DNA from: an uncultured delta proteobacterium
GTDB taxonomy: Bacteria > Desulfobacterota > Binatia > JACPRU01
Direction: 5' to 3'
Assembly: GCA_963745025.1 (NCBI GenBank)
Contig: CAVUWD010000008.1
Coordinates: 220,854 to 284,853 of the forward strand
Length of the DNA: 64,000 nucleotides
A program made the position numbers and the translations under genes. Position 1 is the first letter of the stretch. Every line of letters starts with the position of its first letter. Of this stretch, positions 39,025 to 48,722 are shown one piece after another. The notes below the pieces were generated by a model that did no database searches, was not told the origin of the DNA, and saw only the letters and a list, made by a program, of their open reading frames with translations.

Positions 39025-41961
39025 CTATCGCAACGGGCCCTGGGCGCGCCGATCCGGTTCGACGACCAGCCGCGTGAACAGCAAAGCCCCGCCCGACCGT
39101 TCGAAGCGCTTTTCCGCTGCCTTCGGGTACCAGCGGTGGAGCACCGCCAGCGTTTCCTGTCGGTCGGGCAGTACGTAGCAGATCACGCGGCGTGCCGCGA
39201 ACGGCAGGTATCGATCGATCTCGCGCGCGTCGCGGACATCGCGCTCGTAGGCGTAGTACTGCATCGTCGGGTGCGCGCAGGAGTGGTCGATGGGTTTCGC
39301 AGAGACGATGAAGACCTGGTCCTCCGGGCTCGAGCGCTGGATATCTCGGCCCATGACGCTCTGCACCGACTCGTTGTCGTGTCCGCAGAAGGCGCGGTAG
39401 AGATCGAGCTGGCCCCGAGCGGTGGCGCCGAGCAGCCCGACCGCCGCGACCGTGGCGACGGCCACCCCCACGCGCGGTGAGAGGCTCGCAAGCCCGAAGC
39501 GCAGCGCTCCCAGGGAGGCACCAATGAGCGCCGCTGCGGGCAGGAGGCTCGCCACCATGCGCGGCCAGAAGGGCGGATCGATCGTCAGCACGCCTCCGAG
39601 AAAGAGAACCATGGCCGCCCAGACGACGAGCAGCACTCCGCGTTCGTCGCCCGGGCGCAGCAGAGCCGCCACGACCGACATGCCCAGAAGGGCGGCGAGC
39701 AGCGGCGGAAGCGCCGGTCCGGAGTGGCCGTACTGCGAGGCATTGTCTGAATAGATCCAGAACCCACCAATGATACGCGGCACCCCTCTAAAGATCGTCG
39801 CCTGTAGCGCCTCGCGATCGATGCGGTCGTGGACGACGAACGGGAAGACGTCGCTGCGTCCGAAGGGGTTAGCTCGGGCCGTCCTATATAGAATTGCCTG
39901 CGGGGCGAGCATCGCAGCACCGATGACGAGAGCGAACACCAGTCCCCGCCAGCGAGCCGCGAGTAATCGCGGTCGGCGAACGAGGCTCACCGCGGCGAGG
40001 ACCGGCAGAAGCAAGGGCGTTATCCGCCCTGAGTGGTAAGAGAGGGCGCTGTAACCACCCGAGAAACCGGCCAGGTAGAACCACCCGTAGGTTCCCGCCT
40101 CGAGCCCGCGGAGAAGGCCGAGGGCGGCCAGCGCCTGGAAGAGGACCGGGTCCATGTAAGCCTGGATGCGGCTGTAGTGAAGGAACTCGTGCTCGACGCC
40201 GAGAAGCAGCGCGGCGACCACCGCGACCCAGGTGCCGAAGAACCGCCCGCTCAGCGCGTATAAAGCAGCGATTGCGACGAGGCTTGCGAGCACCGAAGCC
40301 ATCCGCGCCGCCGCGAGCGAGCGGCCGAAGAGCTCGGTCCAAAAGGCCGACCAGAGATGGCCGATCAGCGGGACCTCGGCGTAGCCGTGCCCGAGGAGGC
40401 TCCTGTGCTCTCCGTCGACCAACTGGAGCGCATTCACGGTCCATAGGCCCATGTCGTGATGGAGGTTCGGTGGGCAGGTTTCGAGGTGCAAGATGCGAAT
40501 GGTTGCGAGGCCGGCGAAGAGCGCGACAAGCGCGAGGGCTCGGAAGGGCCGGAGCGGCGGCCGCTTCCCGCCTCGCCCGATGGCGCCGCCGATCAGCAGG
40601 GCGAGCGCGGCGGCCCAGCCGGCGATCACCCACTCACCCCATTGTCGCCAGACACCGATCAGGCTCGTGGCCAGGAGGAGCACGCCGAGGCTCCAGAGCG
40701 CCAGGGCTGCCCTGCCCGGCGGCGGCATTGGCCGCAGGCGGCGCATCGAATCCTCCCAGCGGTTTTCGCTCTTTCCGGCGAGATGCTGCAGCCGGGCCAG
40801 GGAGGCTCCGCCGAGGATGACCAGCGGGAGGTACAGCGTGAGCCGGGACTGTCCCGGCACGAGCCATTTCGGGTGGAAGATGGCCGCGACCGCTGCGCAG
40901 CCGAGCACGCCGGCCACGCAGGCACCGATCTGGAAGCGGTTCGTTCCTGGTGGCGAGGCTCCCGGTGATTGCTCGACGGGCACCGCCGCTGAAGCACCTG
41001 GACAGGCGCGCCGGACGATCCATGACACCGCAAAAGCCGCGGCGATAGCGCTCACCAGCCAGCGAAGGGACCATGGAAGCGGCCGGGCGCGGCTCGCGCG
41101 GCCGGCGTTCTGGCAGCTCCGGTCGGGAACCTCGCGGAGCGCCACCAGTACGGTACCGTCCGGGAGGGCAGCCGCGGCCACCGGCGGATAGAGCGTCTCG
41201 AACCTCCAGTGCCGCGAGCCGCCGACCGAGTACGCTTCGACCGTCTGGCTCTCCGCGCTGATGACCATCAACTCCCCTTGCGGTGTGGCGCCCGCCACCT
41301 CCACGTGGCAGCATGCTCCGAAGAAGGTGCTGCGATCTGTGTAGGGATCGAACGCCACGACGCGACCGGTGTCGAAGCCCGAGGTCACGAGCTGCCCGCT
41401 AGGCAACCGCGCCAGCCCCCGCGGTTGCTGCAAGTAAGCCGTCCAAAGCGGCTCGCCGCCGGGAGCAAGAACCCGTACGGCGTTTGAACCACTGCTTTCG
41501 GCGACGGCGGTGTTGCCGTCCGGCAGGCGCAGGGCTGCCCCAGGGTCGATGAGCAAGGGCGACCCCCAACGCACCGCTCCCGAGCGATCGAGCTCGACAA
41601 CCCGCGACGCCTCAGCCACCAGGAAGCGGTCGGGGGCCAGGACCTGCACACTGCGCGGCCCCTCGGCCGGAATGGTCCAGGCGAGACGCCCGTCAAGCGA
41701 GAGTGCCGAGAGTGCGCCGCGATCACGCTCGGCCACGAGGACCGTTGCGTCGTCGTAGCGCTCGATGGCGCTGACCTCCCCGAACCCGCTGTAGCGGGTG
41801 ATCTCGACGCCTTCGGTCGTGAACCGGCTCAGGCGATGCGAGCCACCCTCCCGAACCCGAATCTCGCGTGGGGCGGGCGCAGCCGTGTCGGTGCCTGGCG
41901 CGACAGCCGCCGCCGGCGCCGCAGCGATGAGCGCAACCGTAGCTAGCAACCGCGGAATCAC
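39025..41961 (-). CDS. N-terminal beta-propeller fused to GT-C glycosyltransferase (start uncertain; ORF open to 42234)
   Basis: Signal-like VIPRLLATVALIAAAPAAA, repeats such as ALRLPDGNTAVA / AALPDGTVLVA, then PPNLHHD, ELFGRSLAAARM, FLHYSRI. Confidence 0.8.
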   Translation of the reverse strand: MIPRLLATVALIAAAPAAAVAPGTDTAAPAPREIRVREGGSHRLSRFTTEGVEITRYSGFGEVSAIERYDDATVLVAERDRGALSALSLDGRLAWTIPAEGPRSVQVLAPDRFLVAEASRVVELDRSGAVRWGSPLLIDPGAALRLPDGNTAVAESSGSNAVRVLAPGGEPLWTAYLQQPRGLARLPSGQLVTSGFDTGRVVAFDPYTDRSTFFGACCHVEVAGATPQGELMVISAESQTVEAYSVGGSRHWRFETLYPPVAAAALPDGTVLVALREVPDRSCQNAGRASRARPLPWSLRWLVSAIAAAFAVSWIVRRACPGASAAVPVEQSPGASPPGTNRFQIGACVAGVLGCAAVAAIFHPKWLVPGQSRLTLYLPLVILGGASLARLQHLAGKSENRWEDSMRRLRPMPPPGRAALALWSLGVLLLATSLIGVWRQWGEWVIAGWAAALALLIGGAIGRGGKRPPLRPFRALALVALFAGLATIRILHLETCPPNLHHDMGLWTVNALQLVDGEHRSLLGHGYAEVPLIGHLWSAFWTELFGRSLAAARMASVLASLVAIAALYALSGRFFGTWVAVVAALLLGVEHEFLHYSRIQAYMDPVLFQALAALGLLRGLEAGTYGWFYLAGFSGGYSALSYHSGRITPLLLPVLAAVSLVRRPRLLAARWRGLVFALVIGAAMLAPQAILYRTARANPFGRSDVFPFVVHDRIDREALQATIFRGVPRIIGGFWIYSDNASQYGHSGPALPPLLAALLGMSVVAALLRPGDERGVLLVVWAAMVLFLGGVLTIDPPFWPRMVASLLPAAALIGASLGALRFGLASLSPRVGVAVATVAAVGLLGATARGQLDLYRAFCGHDNESVQSVMGRDIQRSSPEDQVFIVSAKPIDHSCAHPTMQYYAYERDVRDAREIDRYLPFAARRVICYVLPDRQETLAVLHRWYPKAAEKRFERSGGALLFTRLVVEPDRRAQGPLR

Positions 41962-42165
41962 TGCGGCTCGTGGACGCGGTACGCTCGACGATGCACCCTC
42001 CTGGCGCGGAGGCAATGAGAGTTTCACTGGGTTCGTGAAAGTTGTGGGAGTGTGCCTCGCGCGATATTGGCTCGAAGCTTGCTCGAAGATCAACCTCGGT
42101 ATGGCAGGTGATCGAGCAATTTCCCGTCTGGCAGACCATCGAGCGACTCTGCAACTTCTTCGCCC

Positions 42166-42310
42166 GTGAGATACAGCGACGAGCACATCACGTACTATAC
42201 TGCAGCCAGCCTTTCTGATTTGGCCGCCCTGCACGGCCTCGATATCCTCGAGCGCGCCAACGTTGCAGCGAGCGAGCTCATCACGGCGTTGCGAGAGCGC
42301 GAAGAGCCTC
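42166..42310 (+). pseudogene. 3' remnant of a SAM methyltransferase-like domain
   Basis: YSDEHITYYTAASLSDLAALHGLDILERANVAASELITALR resembles a class I MTase tail. Confidence 0.45.
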
Positions 42311-42330
42311 CCCGCGACAGCCGCGGAGTC

Positions 42331-45300
42331 TCAGTTCGCCAAGGCTGCGGGCGATGCGCCGTCTTCCCTGCCCCGACGTGCCTCGTAGGCGGCGCGCACG
42401 GCTGGCGCCTCGACCAGGTACACCGACACACGCTCGTTCGGGTGAGCAATGATCTCTTCCACCCTGGCGGTGGGGTAGATTTCCGAGATGAACTTCGCGT
42501 CTCCCGCTCGCGTCGGCAGCACGATGAACGCGGCGCCGATTGCCGGTTCAACGGGCGGCACGGGCAATACGTCGGCGAGGTCGGTGCTGACGTCGGACAG
42601 GTCGGAGTCGGCGGCGAAGAAGTGGAAGATCGCGTTGTCCGAGGTGGCGTCGGCCTTGACTGCGCTGCGCACTAGGTAGAAGCGGTATGCGGGGTGCTCG
42701 CGGATGAAGTGGCCCGCCATGATGGGACCATTGGCCACATATACGGTGTTTCCATCGGCGGGCGGCGGGCGACGAACGGCCAACCAGACCGCCTCGAGCT
42801 GGGTCGCGCTGACGACGGCGAGCACGGCCACGGTTAACGCCCGCGACAGCGCGCGGCCGTGAACGGCGCGGGCGCCGTCACTGAGCGCAAGCCCGCGGTC
42901 AACTGGGACCGCACTCGCGATCATGATGGGAATGACCGCCGAGAGCATGTGGTAGAAGGCCGGTGTGTCCGGTAGGGTTGTACACCCCAGAAAGATACAG
43001 ATGACGGTCCACGCCAACAGGAGGAACGTCGCCGGCGTCCACCACGAAAGCAGCAGATACGTCGCGCCGACGCCGAAGAGGATCGACCCGTAGCGCATGC
43101 AAACCGACTGGCCCGTACGCACGACCCAGGGCGCGGTTTCGGGGAAGAAGAAGATCGAGCCGAACGAGTGGCCGAGCTGGTATCGCCAGAGGTCTGGATC
43201 CCAGTTGAGCGAGCCGTCGCGCTTGAGAAACACGAGCATGCTCTGCGCGCGGTGCAGCACCACCGGGTGGTGAATCTCTTCGGCCACCATGGGCAAATAG
43301 GCGACCACGGCGCCGGCGAGCAGCCACAGTAGTCCCGTGCGGCTCTGCCAGATCGATCGAGGGTAGAAGAGTAAGAAGTAGAGGAGCATCGCGGCGCCGA
43401 CCGGAGCATCAGTAATCGCCGTGTAGGAGCCCATCAAAGCCCACGCGCTCAGGAACCCGGCGGCGCACCAATGAAAACGAGAGCCGCGCCGCATGCCCAC
43501 GACGGCGCAGTACAACGCGAGCACGAACGGCGCGACGGGGTCGAGCACGTACACCTGGCGCGAGTACAGCAGGAGGACGTTGTTGGCCATGACCAGTAGC
43601 GCCGCGAACAACCCGACGCGCGAGTTGAACAGGGCCGTGGCGAGCAGGTACGTCGCCCACACGATCACAACGCCGGCGACAGCGCTGATTAGGCGGAGGA
43701 CCCAGTAGTGCGCGCCAAATACCTCCAGAGCGAGAAGCAGCGGAAGAAAAGTGGGCCGGCCGACGGAGTACACGCGGGCGAAGAACGGCGTCCAGTGGCC
43801 GCGCAACGTGCTCAGCACTTCGTCGCCATACATGACGTGGTCGTGGTGAACGAAGTCGGGGTAATATCCGATCTGCCAGAAGCGGGTGACGATTGCAGCG
43901 GCGAGCACCGCCCCCATCGACATTTTCGCCCACCGGGGTGCCCGCTCGGCCGGCTCGGCGAGGCGCGGTGGGAAGGCGGCGGCTAGGATCAGCACCTGCG
44001 CGGCGAGCCACAGTGCAACTGCTGCGGCCTGTGCGTCGGGGCGGTGGGCGACCAGCCACGCGCTGATGACGACCGCGCAGCCCGAGACCCCGACGAGAAG
44101 GGCGAGGCGGGTGCGATCGGCGTACGACGCTTGCGGTGCCCGCCACAACGCGGGGATGAAGGACGACAGCGTCGCTGCGCATCCTGCGAGCGAGTTGAGA
44201 ATGCGAAGAGCGACGCCAGCGAGCACAATGCCCAGAAAGAACCGCCCGGCCGCGGCACCGGACCATTCACGCTCGGCCGTGGCGATGCCCGACCAGGCCA
44301 TTATGATGCCGAGGCAGAGGACCACCACGAGCACGGCGGCCACGAATGGCGCGACGCGGCCGGGGCCCAGCGCTGTCGTGCCATGCGCGGCGGCCGGCCC
44401 TTCGTGGTTCCGCGGCGTCGAGCGATGGGCGATGAGCTCCCGAAGCTCGGCTCGCCGTAGCCACCCGGCGATGATGAGAGAGGCGAAGGTCCCGACGAGC
44501 GGCAGCGGCAGCCCGCGCATCCACCACGGCGGGCTACGAACGGCCTCTGCCCGCTGCGCCGTCGCGCGGAGCGCAGCGCGTTCGGGCTCCCAGGTCATCC
44601 CGACCAGGATCGTACCCCAAGGGGATACGTTCGCCGAGATCGGCCGCATCGGTGGTGAGAACGTCTCCGGAGCTCCATTCGGGCGTTGAAACCATACGCG
44701 AAACGCCTCCGGCGACACTGCGATCAGCTCGCCGTGGGGGCCGATACGCGTGTCAACGGTGTGAGCCATACCCGCGATCTTGCGCACGTGTTTTCGGTCG
44801 GGCGCGATCACCCGTAGCTCCGAGCCGTCGAACACGGCCGTGAAGATCTCGCCGTCGGCGCCGGCGTCGAGTGCCCGGGTGGAGACGAAGTAGAGTCCAC
44901 GCTCGTCGTTAGCTACTCCCGGTCGCTCCGCTGACCGCCAGACCGTTTGCCCGGCTGGTGTCCACTCGGTGATCCAGCCGTTGGTGTCGTTACTGGTCGT
45001 CAGGATGTTGCCGTTCGCGAGCGGCACTGCGGTGCAAACGTTACGGATCGGCTGGGTCCACTCGATCGTACGGTCCGATTGCGTCGCCAGTACGACATTG
45101 TCCCTCGAGGTGACTAGATACCCTCCTCCCGGCCGTGGCCGGGCGCGTGCGGGTAGCTGCCCGATCTGTTCGCTCCACCGGATCAGGCCGCTCGGATCGA
45201 GAAGCATGACTCGGCGCAACTCTTCGTCAACGAGCAGGATCGTCCCGTCGGATAGCGGCGTGATGTCGACCGGCTGCTCGAGCCCGGTCCAAGCCCGAAT

Positions 45301-45453
45301 CGGCTCAAAGGCCAGATTGTACTCGATGATCTTCGCGCTTCCCTTACCCAAGGAAATCGAGGGTATTGCCGAATAAGCCCCGGTCGCGCAGGTACTGATC
45401 AGCAGGAACACGAGGCTGGAGAGCGTCGCGAGGCGTATGGTTCTTGCTAGCAA
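42331..45453 (-). CDS. N-terminal beta-propeller fused to GT-C glycosyltransferase
   Basis: Signal peptide, PLSDGTILLVD / PLANGNILTT repeats, TRFWQIGYYPDFVHHD, EVFGAHYWVLRL, LLYSRQ; architecture parallels 39025-41961. Confidence 0.82.
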   Translation of the reverse strand: MLARTIRLATLSSLVFLLISTCATGAYSAIPSISLGKGSAKIIEYNLAFEPIRAWTGLEQPVDITPLSDGTILLVDEELRRVMLLDPSGLIRWSEQIGQLPARARPRPGGGYLVTSRDNVVLATQSDRTIEWTQPIRNVCTAVPLANGNILTTSNDTNGWITEWTPAGQTVWRSAERPGVANDERGLYFVSTRALDAGADGEIFTAVFDGSELRVIAPDRKHVRKIAGMAHTVDTRIGPHGELIAVSPEAFRVWFQRPNGAPETFSPPMRPISANVSPWGTILVGMTWEPERAALRATAQRAEAVRSPPWWMRGLPLPLVGTFASLIIAGWLRRAELRELIAHRSTPRNHEGPAAAHGTTALGPGRVAPFVAAVLVVVLCLGIIMAWSGIATAEREWSGAAAGRFFLGIVLAGVALRILNSLAGCAATLSSFIPALWRAPQASYADRTRLALLVGVSGCAVVISAWLVAHRPDAQAAAVALWLAAQVLILAAAFPPRLAEPAERAPRWAKMSMGAVLAAAIVTRFWQIGYYPDFVHHDHVMYGDEVLSTLRGHWTPFFARVYSVGRPTFLPLLLALEVFGAHYWVLRLISAVAGVVIVWATYLLATALFNSRVGLFAALLVMANNVLLLYSRQVYVLDPVAPFVLALYCAVVGMRRGSRFHWCAAGFLSAWALMGSYTAITDAPVGAAMLLYFLLFYPRSIWQSRTGLLWLLAGAVVAYLPMVAEEIHHPVVLHRAQSMLVFLKRDGSLNWDPDLWRYQLGHSFGSIFFFPETAPWVVRTGQSVCMRYGSILFGVGATYLLLSWWTPATFLLLAWTVICIFLGCTTLPDTPAFYHMLSAVIPIMIASAVPVDRGLALSDGARAVHGRALSRALTVAVLAVVSATQLEAVWLAVRRPPPADGNTVYVANGPIMAGHFIREHPAYRFYLVRSAVKADATSDNAIFHFFAADSDLSDVSTDLADVLPVPPVEPAIGAAFIVLPTRAGDAKFISEIYPTARVEEIIAHPNERVSVYLVEAPAVRAAYEARRGREDGASPAALAN

Positions 45454-45785
45454 GGGATTGACCCGAGGTCGTGGGTTTATTAGCGGCTCACGATGGGAAG
45501 GATCTGTTGTCCATAGATCCGCAAAAGTGTCTCTCTCGTTTAGATCAAGAGCATACCCGAGCTAGGTATCATGTCTCTTTTCGCACTTGCCTGGCTGATC
45601 CTCGGTGTCAAAAGGGGGTACAGGCGATCACTTCAACCCTTTTCCCCTTCCTGTGCATCGCTCAGTTTTCTCGTTTTGCAATCAATCATATAGGGGCTAG
45701 CCCCAAAACGAAATTCCCGTAGTGGCCTTTCAGCGGTCCTGAATGCAGACGGAACGACCGCATCCAGCGGCGGCGCCACTGGAGG

Positions 45786-45960
45786 AGGAAGATCCTTTCC
45801 GACCTCGGCATCCCGACCGAGTGCCCCGAGCCCTGCCTGCCCGAGCGCCACCGTGGGCGACCCCGGGGTTTTCCGGCGCTTCCGTGGCCGGAACGCTTGA
45901 GGGGCCACAGAGTACGTCGGTCATCAACCGAGCGAGGTGAGGCGGCGTGTGCCCCCCCGT
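45786..45960 (+). mobile_element. 3' remnant of an IS91/ISCR-like rolling-circle transposase
   Basis: RKILSDLGIPTECPEP / LPARAPP resembles the recalled IRKILxHLGLPxxxPxxxPARAPP tail. Confidence 0.55.
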
Positions 45961-46204
45961 TTTCGCGGCTCCGGTCAGAGTGCTGCCCGCGAAGCGCCCA
46001 TCTTCGCCCGAGCTGAGCCGACGGCGTCTGCCTGATCTTCCACGCCCGGCTGTTACGACCTGTCGCCACCTGGCTGTCCGCCACGCGGCTTGACGGGAGC
46101 CTTATCCGCGGCGTAGAGCGGGGGCAGGTCAGAGGGACAGGGAGGGAGAGTTCGCACCGCCTGATATCGAGCCTTCATTTTGCATAAATCGAAAGGACTC
46201 AACC

Positions 46205-48314
46205 ATGAGAAGGCGCGTTTTCGCGATGTTCCGACATCGGCTGGCCGGGAGTCGGTCGTTGCTGTTGGTCTTGACGTTTCTGTCCGTAGGGCTGACCAAC
46301 ACCCTGGCGCCGGCTCAAGCTGCAAACCTCCCGCCTAACACGCCCGTCATCACAGAGCCCGGTGTCGATGGGCAAGTCGTTAACCCCGCCGATGTCCATA
46401 TGGAAATCGCGCCGTTCTCCGATCCCAACCCTGGCGACACGCACATCTGCACAGACTGGGTTATCGCGCTCCTCTCCACTTCCGAAGTTGTCTGGCAGTC
46501 ACCGTGCAACGCGATCGAGCTCGTTCATGTTCATCTCGGAGATGGCTTTTTCGACAATTCGTATGAGGGTCAAACTGAACTCGCATATGATACCGGTTAC
46601 CTCTTGCGCGCTCGGGTGAAGGATAGCAGCGGTGACTCGACTACGGAGTGGAGCGCCTGGAGCGAACGCCGCTTCCATACCTCAGTCGCACCTCCTCCTG
46701 GTACATCGGTCGCCTGGACGGTCAGGCAGCCTGGGTATCAGGTCGAGGTCGTGGCGACAGGGTTCCAATTGCCCGTGAACATCGCCTTTGTCCCGAATCC
46801 AGGCACGGGACCGGATGATCCCTACTACTATGTCACGGAATTGTACGGCAATATCAAAGTCGTCACGCGCAGTGGCATAGCCAGCGATTACACCCGAGGT
46901 GCCCTGAACTATCAGCCCAGTGGCCGCTTTCCAGGTTCTGGGGAGCAAGGTTTGACGGGGATCGTGGTTGACCCGGCCACCGGCGACGTGTTTGCCAGCA
47001 TGCTCTATCAATCCGCACCGGGAGGCCCCCTCTATGCCAAAGTCGTGCGCTTCCGCAGCGATCATAGCGGGAGATTGGCGGGTAACGCGACGACGATCCT
47101 CGATATCCATGAGCCTCAGAGCGAATCTCATCAAATCTCCAACCTTTCCCTCGGTCCTGACGGCAAGCTCTACGTTCATACAGGTGATAGTTTTCAGACG
47201 GCTACCGCCCAGGACTTAAACTATTTCCGAGGCAAGATCCTCCGCTTGAACCTCGACGGCTCACCAGCGGTAGATAATCCCTTCTATGGCGCGGCGGATG
47301 GAATTAACGCCAAAGACTACGTGTATGCTTATGGCTTTCGCAATCCGTTTGGCGGCGCGTGGCGAGCAGTTGATGCATTCCACTACGAAGTGGAGAACGG
47401 CCCAGGCGTTGATCGCTTCGCCAAGGTCGTTCGGGGCACCAATTACCTATGGGACGGGACGGATGCGAGCATGTTGACGGGCGCGCTTTATAACTGGTTC
47501 TCCGCGGTTGCGCCCGTGAATCTAGCTTTTATCCAACCCCAAACGTTCAATGGCAGCGGCTTTCCGGCCGCCAGCGTAGGCCATGCGTTTGTCTCCGAAT
47601 CGGGGCCAACTTATGCCACAGGTCCTCAAACCAATGGAAAACGGATCAGTGAATTCGCCCTCGATGCAAACGGCGGCCTCGTGAGCGGCCCGACGCCCTT
47701 GATAGAATATACAGGCACCGGCAAGGCTACCGTAGCGGGCCTCGCTGCGGGTCCAGATGGCCTTTACTTCACCGATCTCTATAAAGACGACTCCACTACA
47801 GCCACTGACCCAGGCGCCAATGTGCTTCGCGTGAGGTATGTGGGGAGCAGCACGACGCCAACGCCGACGCTGACACCGGCACCGACACTGACACCGACAC
47901 CGACACTGACACCGACACCGACACTGACGACCGACACCGACACTGACACCGACACCGACACTGACACCGACACTGACACCGGCACCAACGCTCACGCCGA
48001 CTCCGACGCCAATCCCTGGCGCCTTTTCACTGTCGGCGTCGCCTGCGGCTCGGAATGTCAAGCGCGGAAATTCGACCAGTTATACCGTCTCCATCACGCC
48101 TTCTGGTAGCTTCAGTGGCGCTGTCTCCTTGAGCGTGACGGGATTGCCCAATGACGCCACTGCCACTTTCGACCCGAACCCTGGGTCGTCCGCCTCGACG
48201 CTTAGTGCGACCACCAGTGACACAACCCCGGCCGGTAGCTACACACTAACCATTGTGGGAACGAGTGGCAGTCTACAAGATAGCACTGCCGTATCATTCA
48301 AAGTTCGACGATAG
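46205..48314 (+). CDS. Secreted glucose/sorbosone dehydrogenase-like beta-propeller with Thr-Pro linker and C-terminal Ig-like domain; frameshift near 47929
   Basis: Signal peptide, GEQGLTGIVVDP, GPDGKLYVHTGD, AQDLNYFRGKILRLNLDGS, YAYGFRNPF; after the linker FSLSASP...SVTGLP...GSYTLTIVGTSG. Confidence 0.85.
47852..48010 (+). repeat. Coding Thr-Pro-Thr-Leu tandem repeat
   Basis: Repeating acaccg / acactg hexamers. Confidence 0.9.
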
Positions 48315-48401
48315 TGGGCGGGGGAGACTTCGGTCGGACGCGATTTATGACGGATCAAGGGTGCAATTGACCATTGAGGAACGTTGCGCGCACGATTCGC
48401 A

Positions 48402-48556
48402 GGGATCAACAATCGGCTGCGCACTGTCGCGCGGCGAGCCTTTGGCTTTCGCAGTGCCGAAGCCCTCATGTCGATGCTCTTCCTCTGCTGTTCGAAGATC
48501 CAACTCACGCCAGCTTTACCCGGTGTTTTGCAACCCACTTGGAATCTAGGAGAAGC
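48402..48556 (+). mobile_element. Right-end remnant of an ISL3-family IS
   Basis: GINNRLRTVARRAFGFRSAEALMSMLFLCC (ISL3 transposase tail) then acccacttggaatctaggagaagc resembling an ISL3 IR. Confidence 0.72.
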
Positions 48557-48707
48557 AAAGTCATCCCGGGTCCCCACTTTGAAAGTCGCTTAGGACCGCC
48601 GTGTCGCCCGATTACAATTGACGAGCTGAAACACTGGCTGGATGCAGCCGGCTGAAAGTTTGTGGTCTTGAGTGTCCGCCAGTCATGAGTTGTGAACTAC
48701 GAGGTAG
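48557..48707 (+). pseudogene. Decayed inverted paralogous copy of the 3' end of the 33840-35726 gene
   Basis: KVIPGPHFESRLGPPCRPITIDELKHWLDAAG* versus KVTPGPGFESRLGRPCSVITIEELKGWLDAAGW. Confidence 0.88.
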
Positions 48708-48722
48708 CCCACCGGCGCGGCT

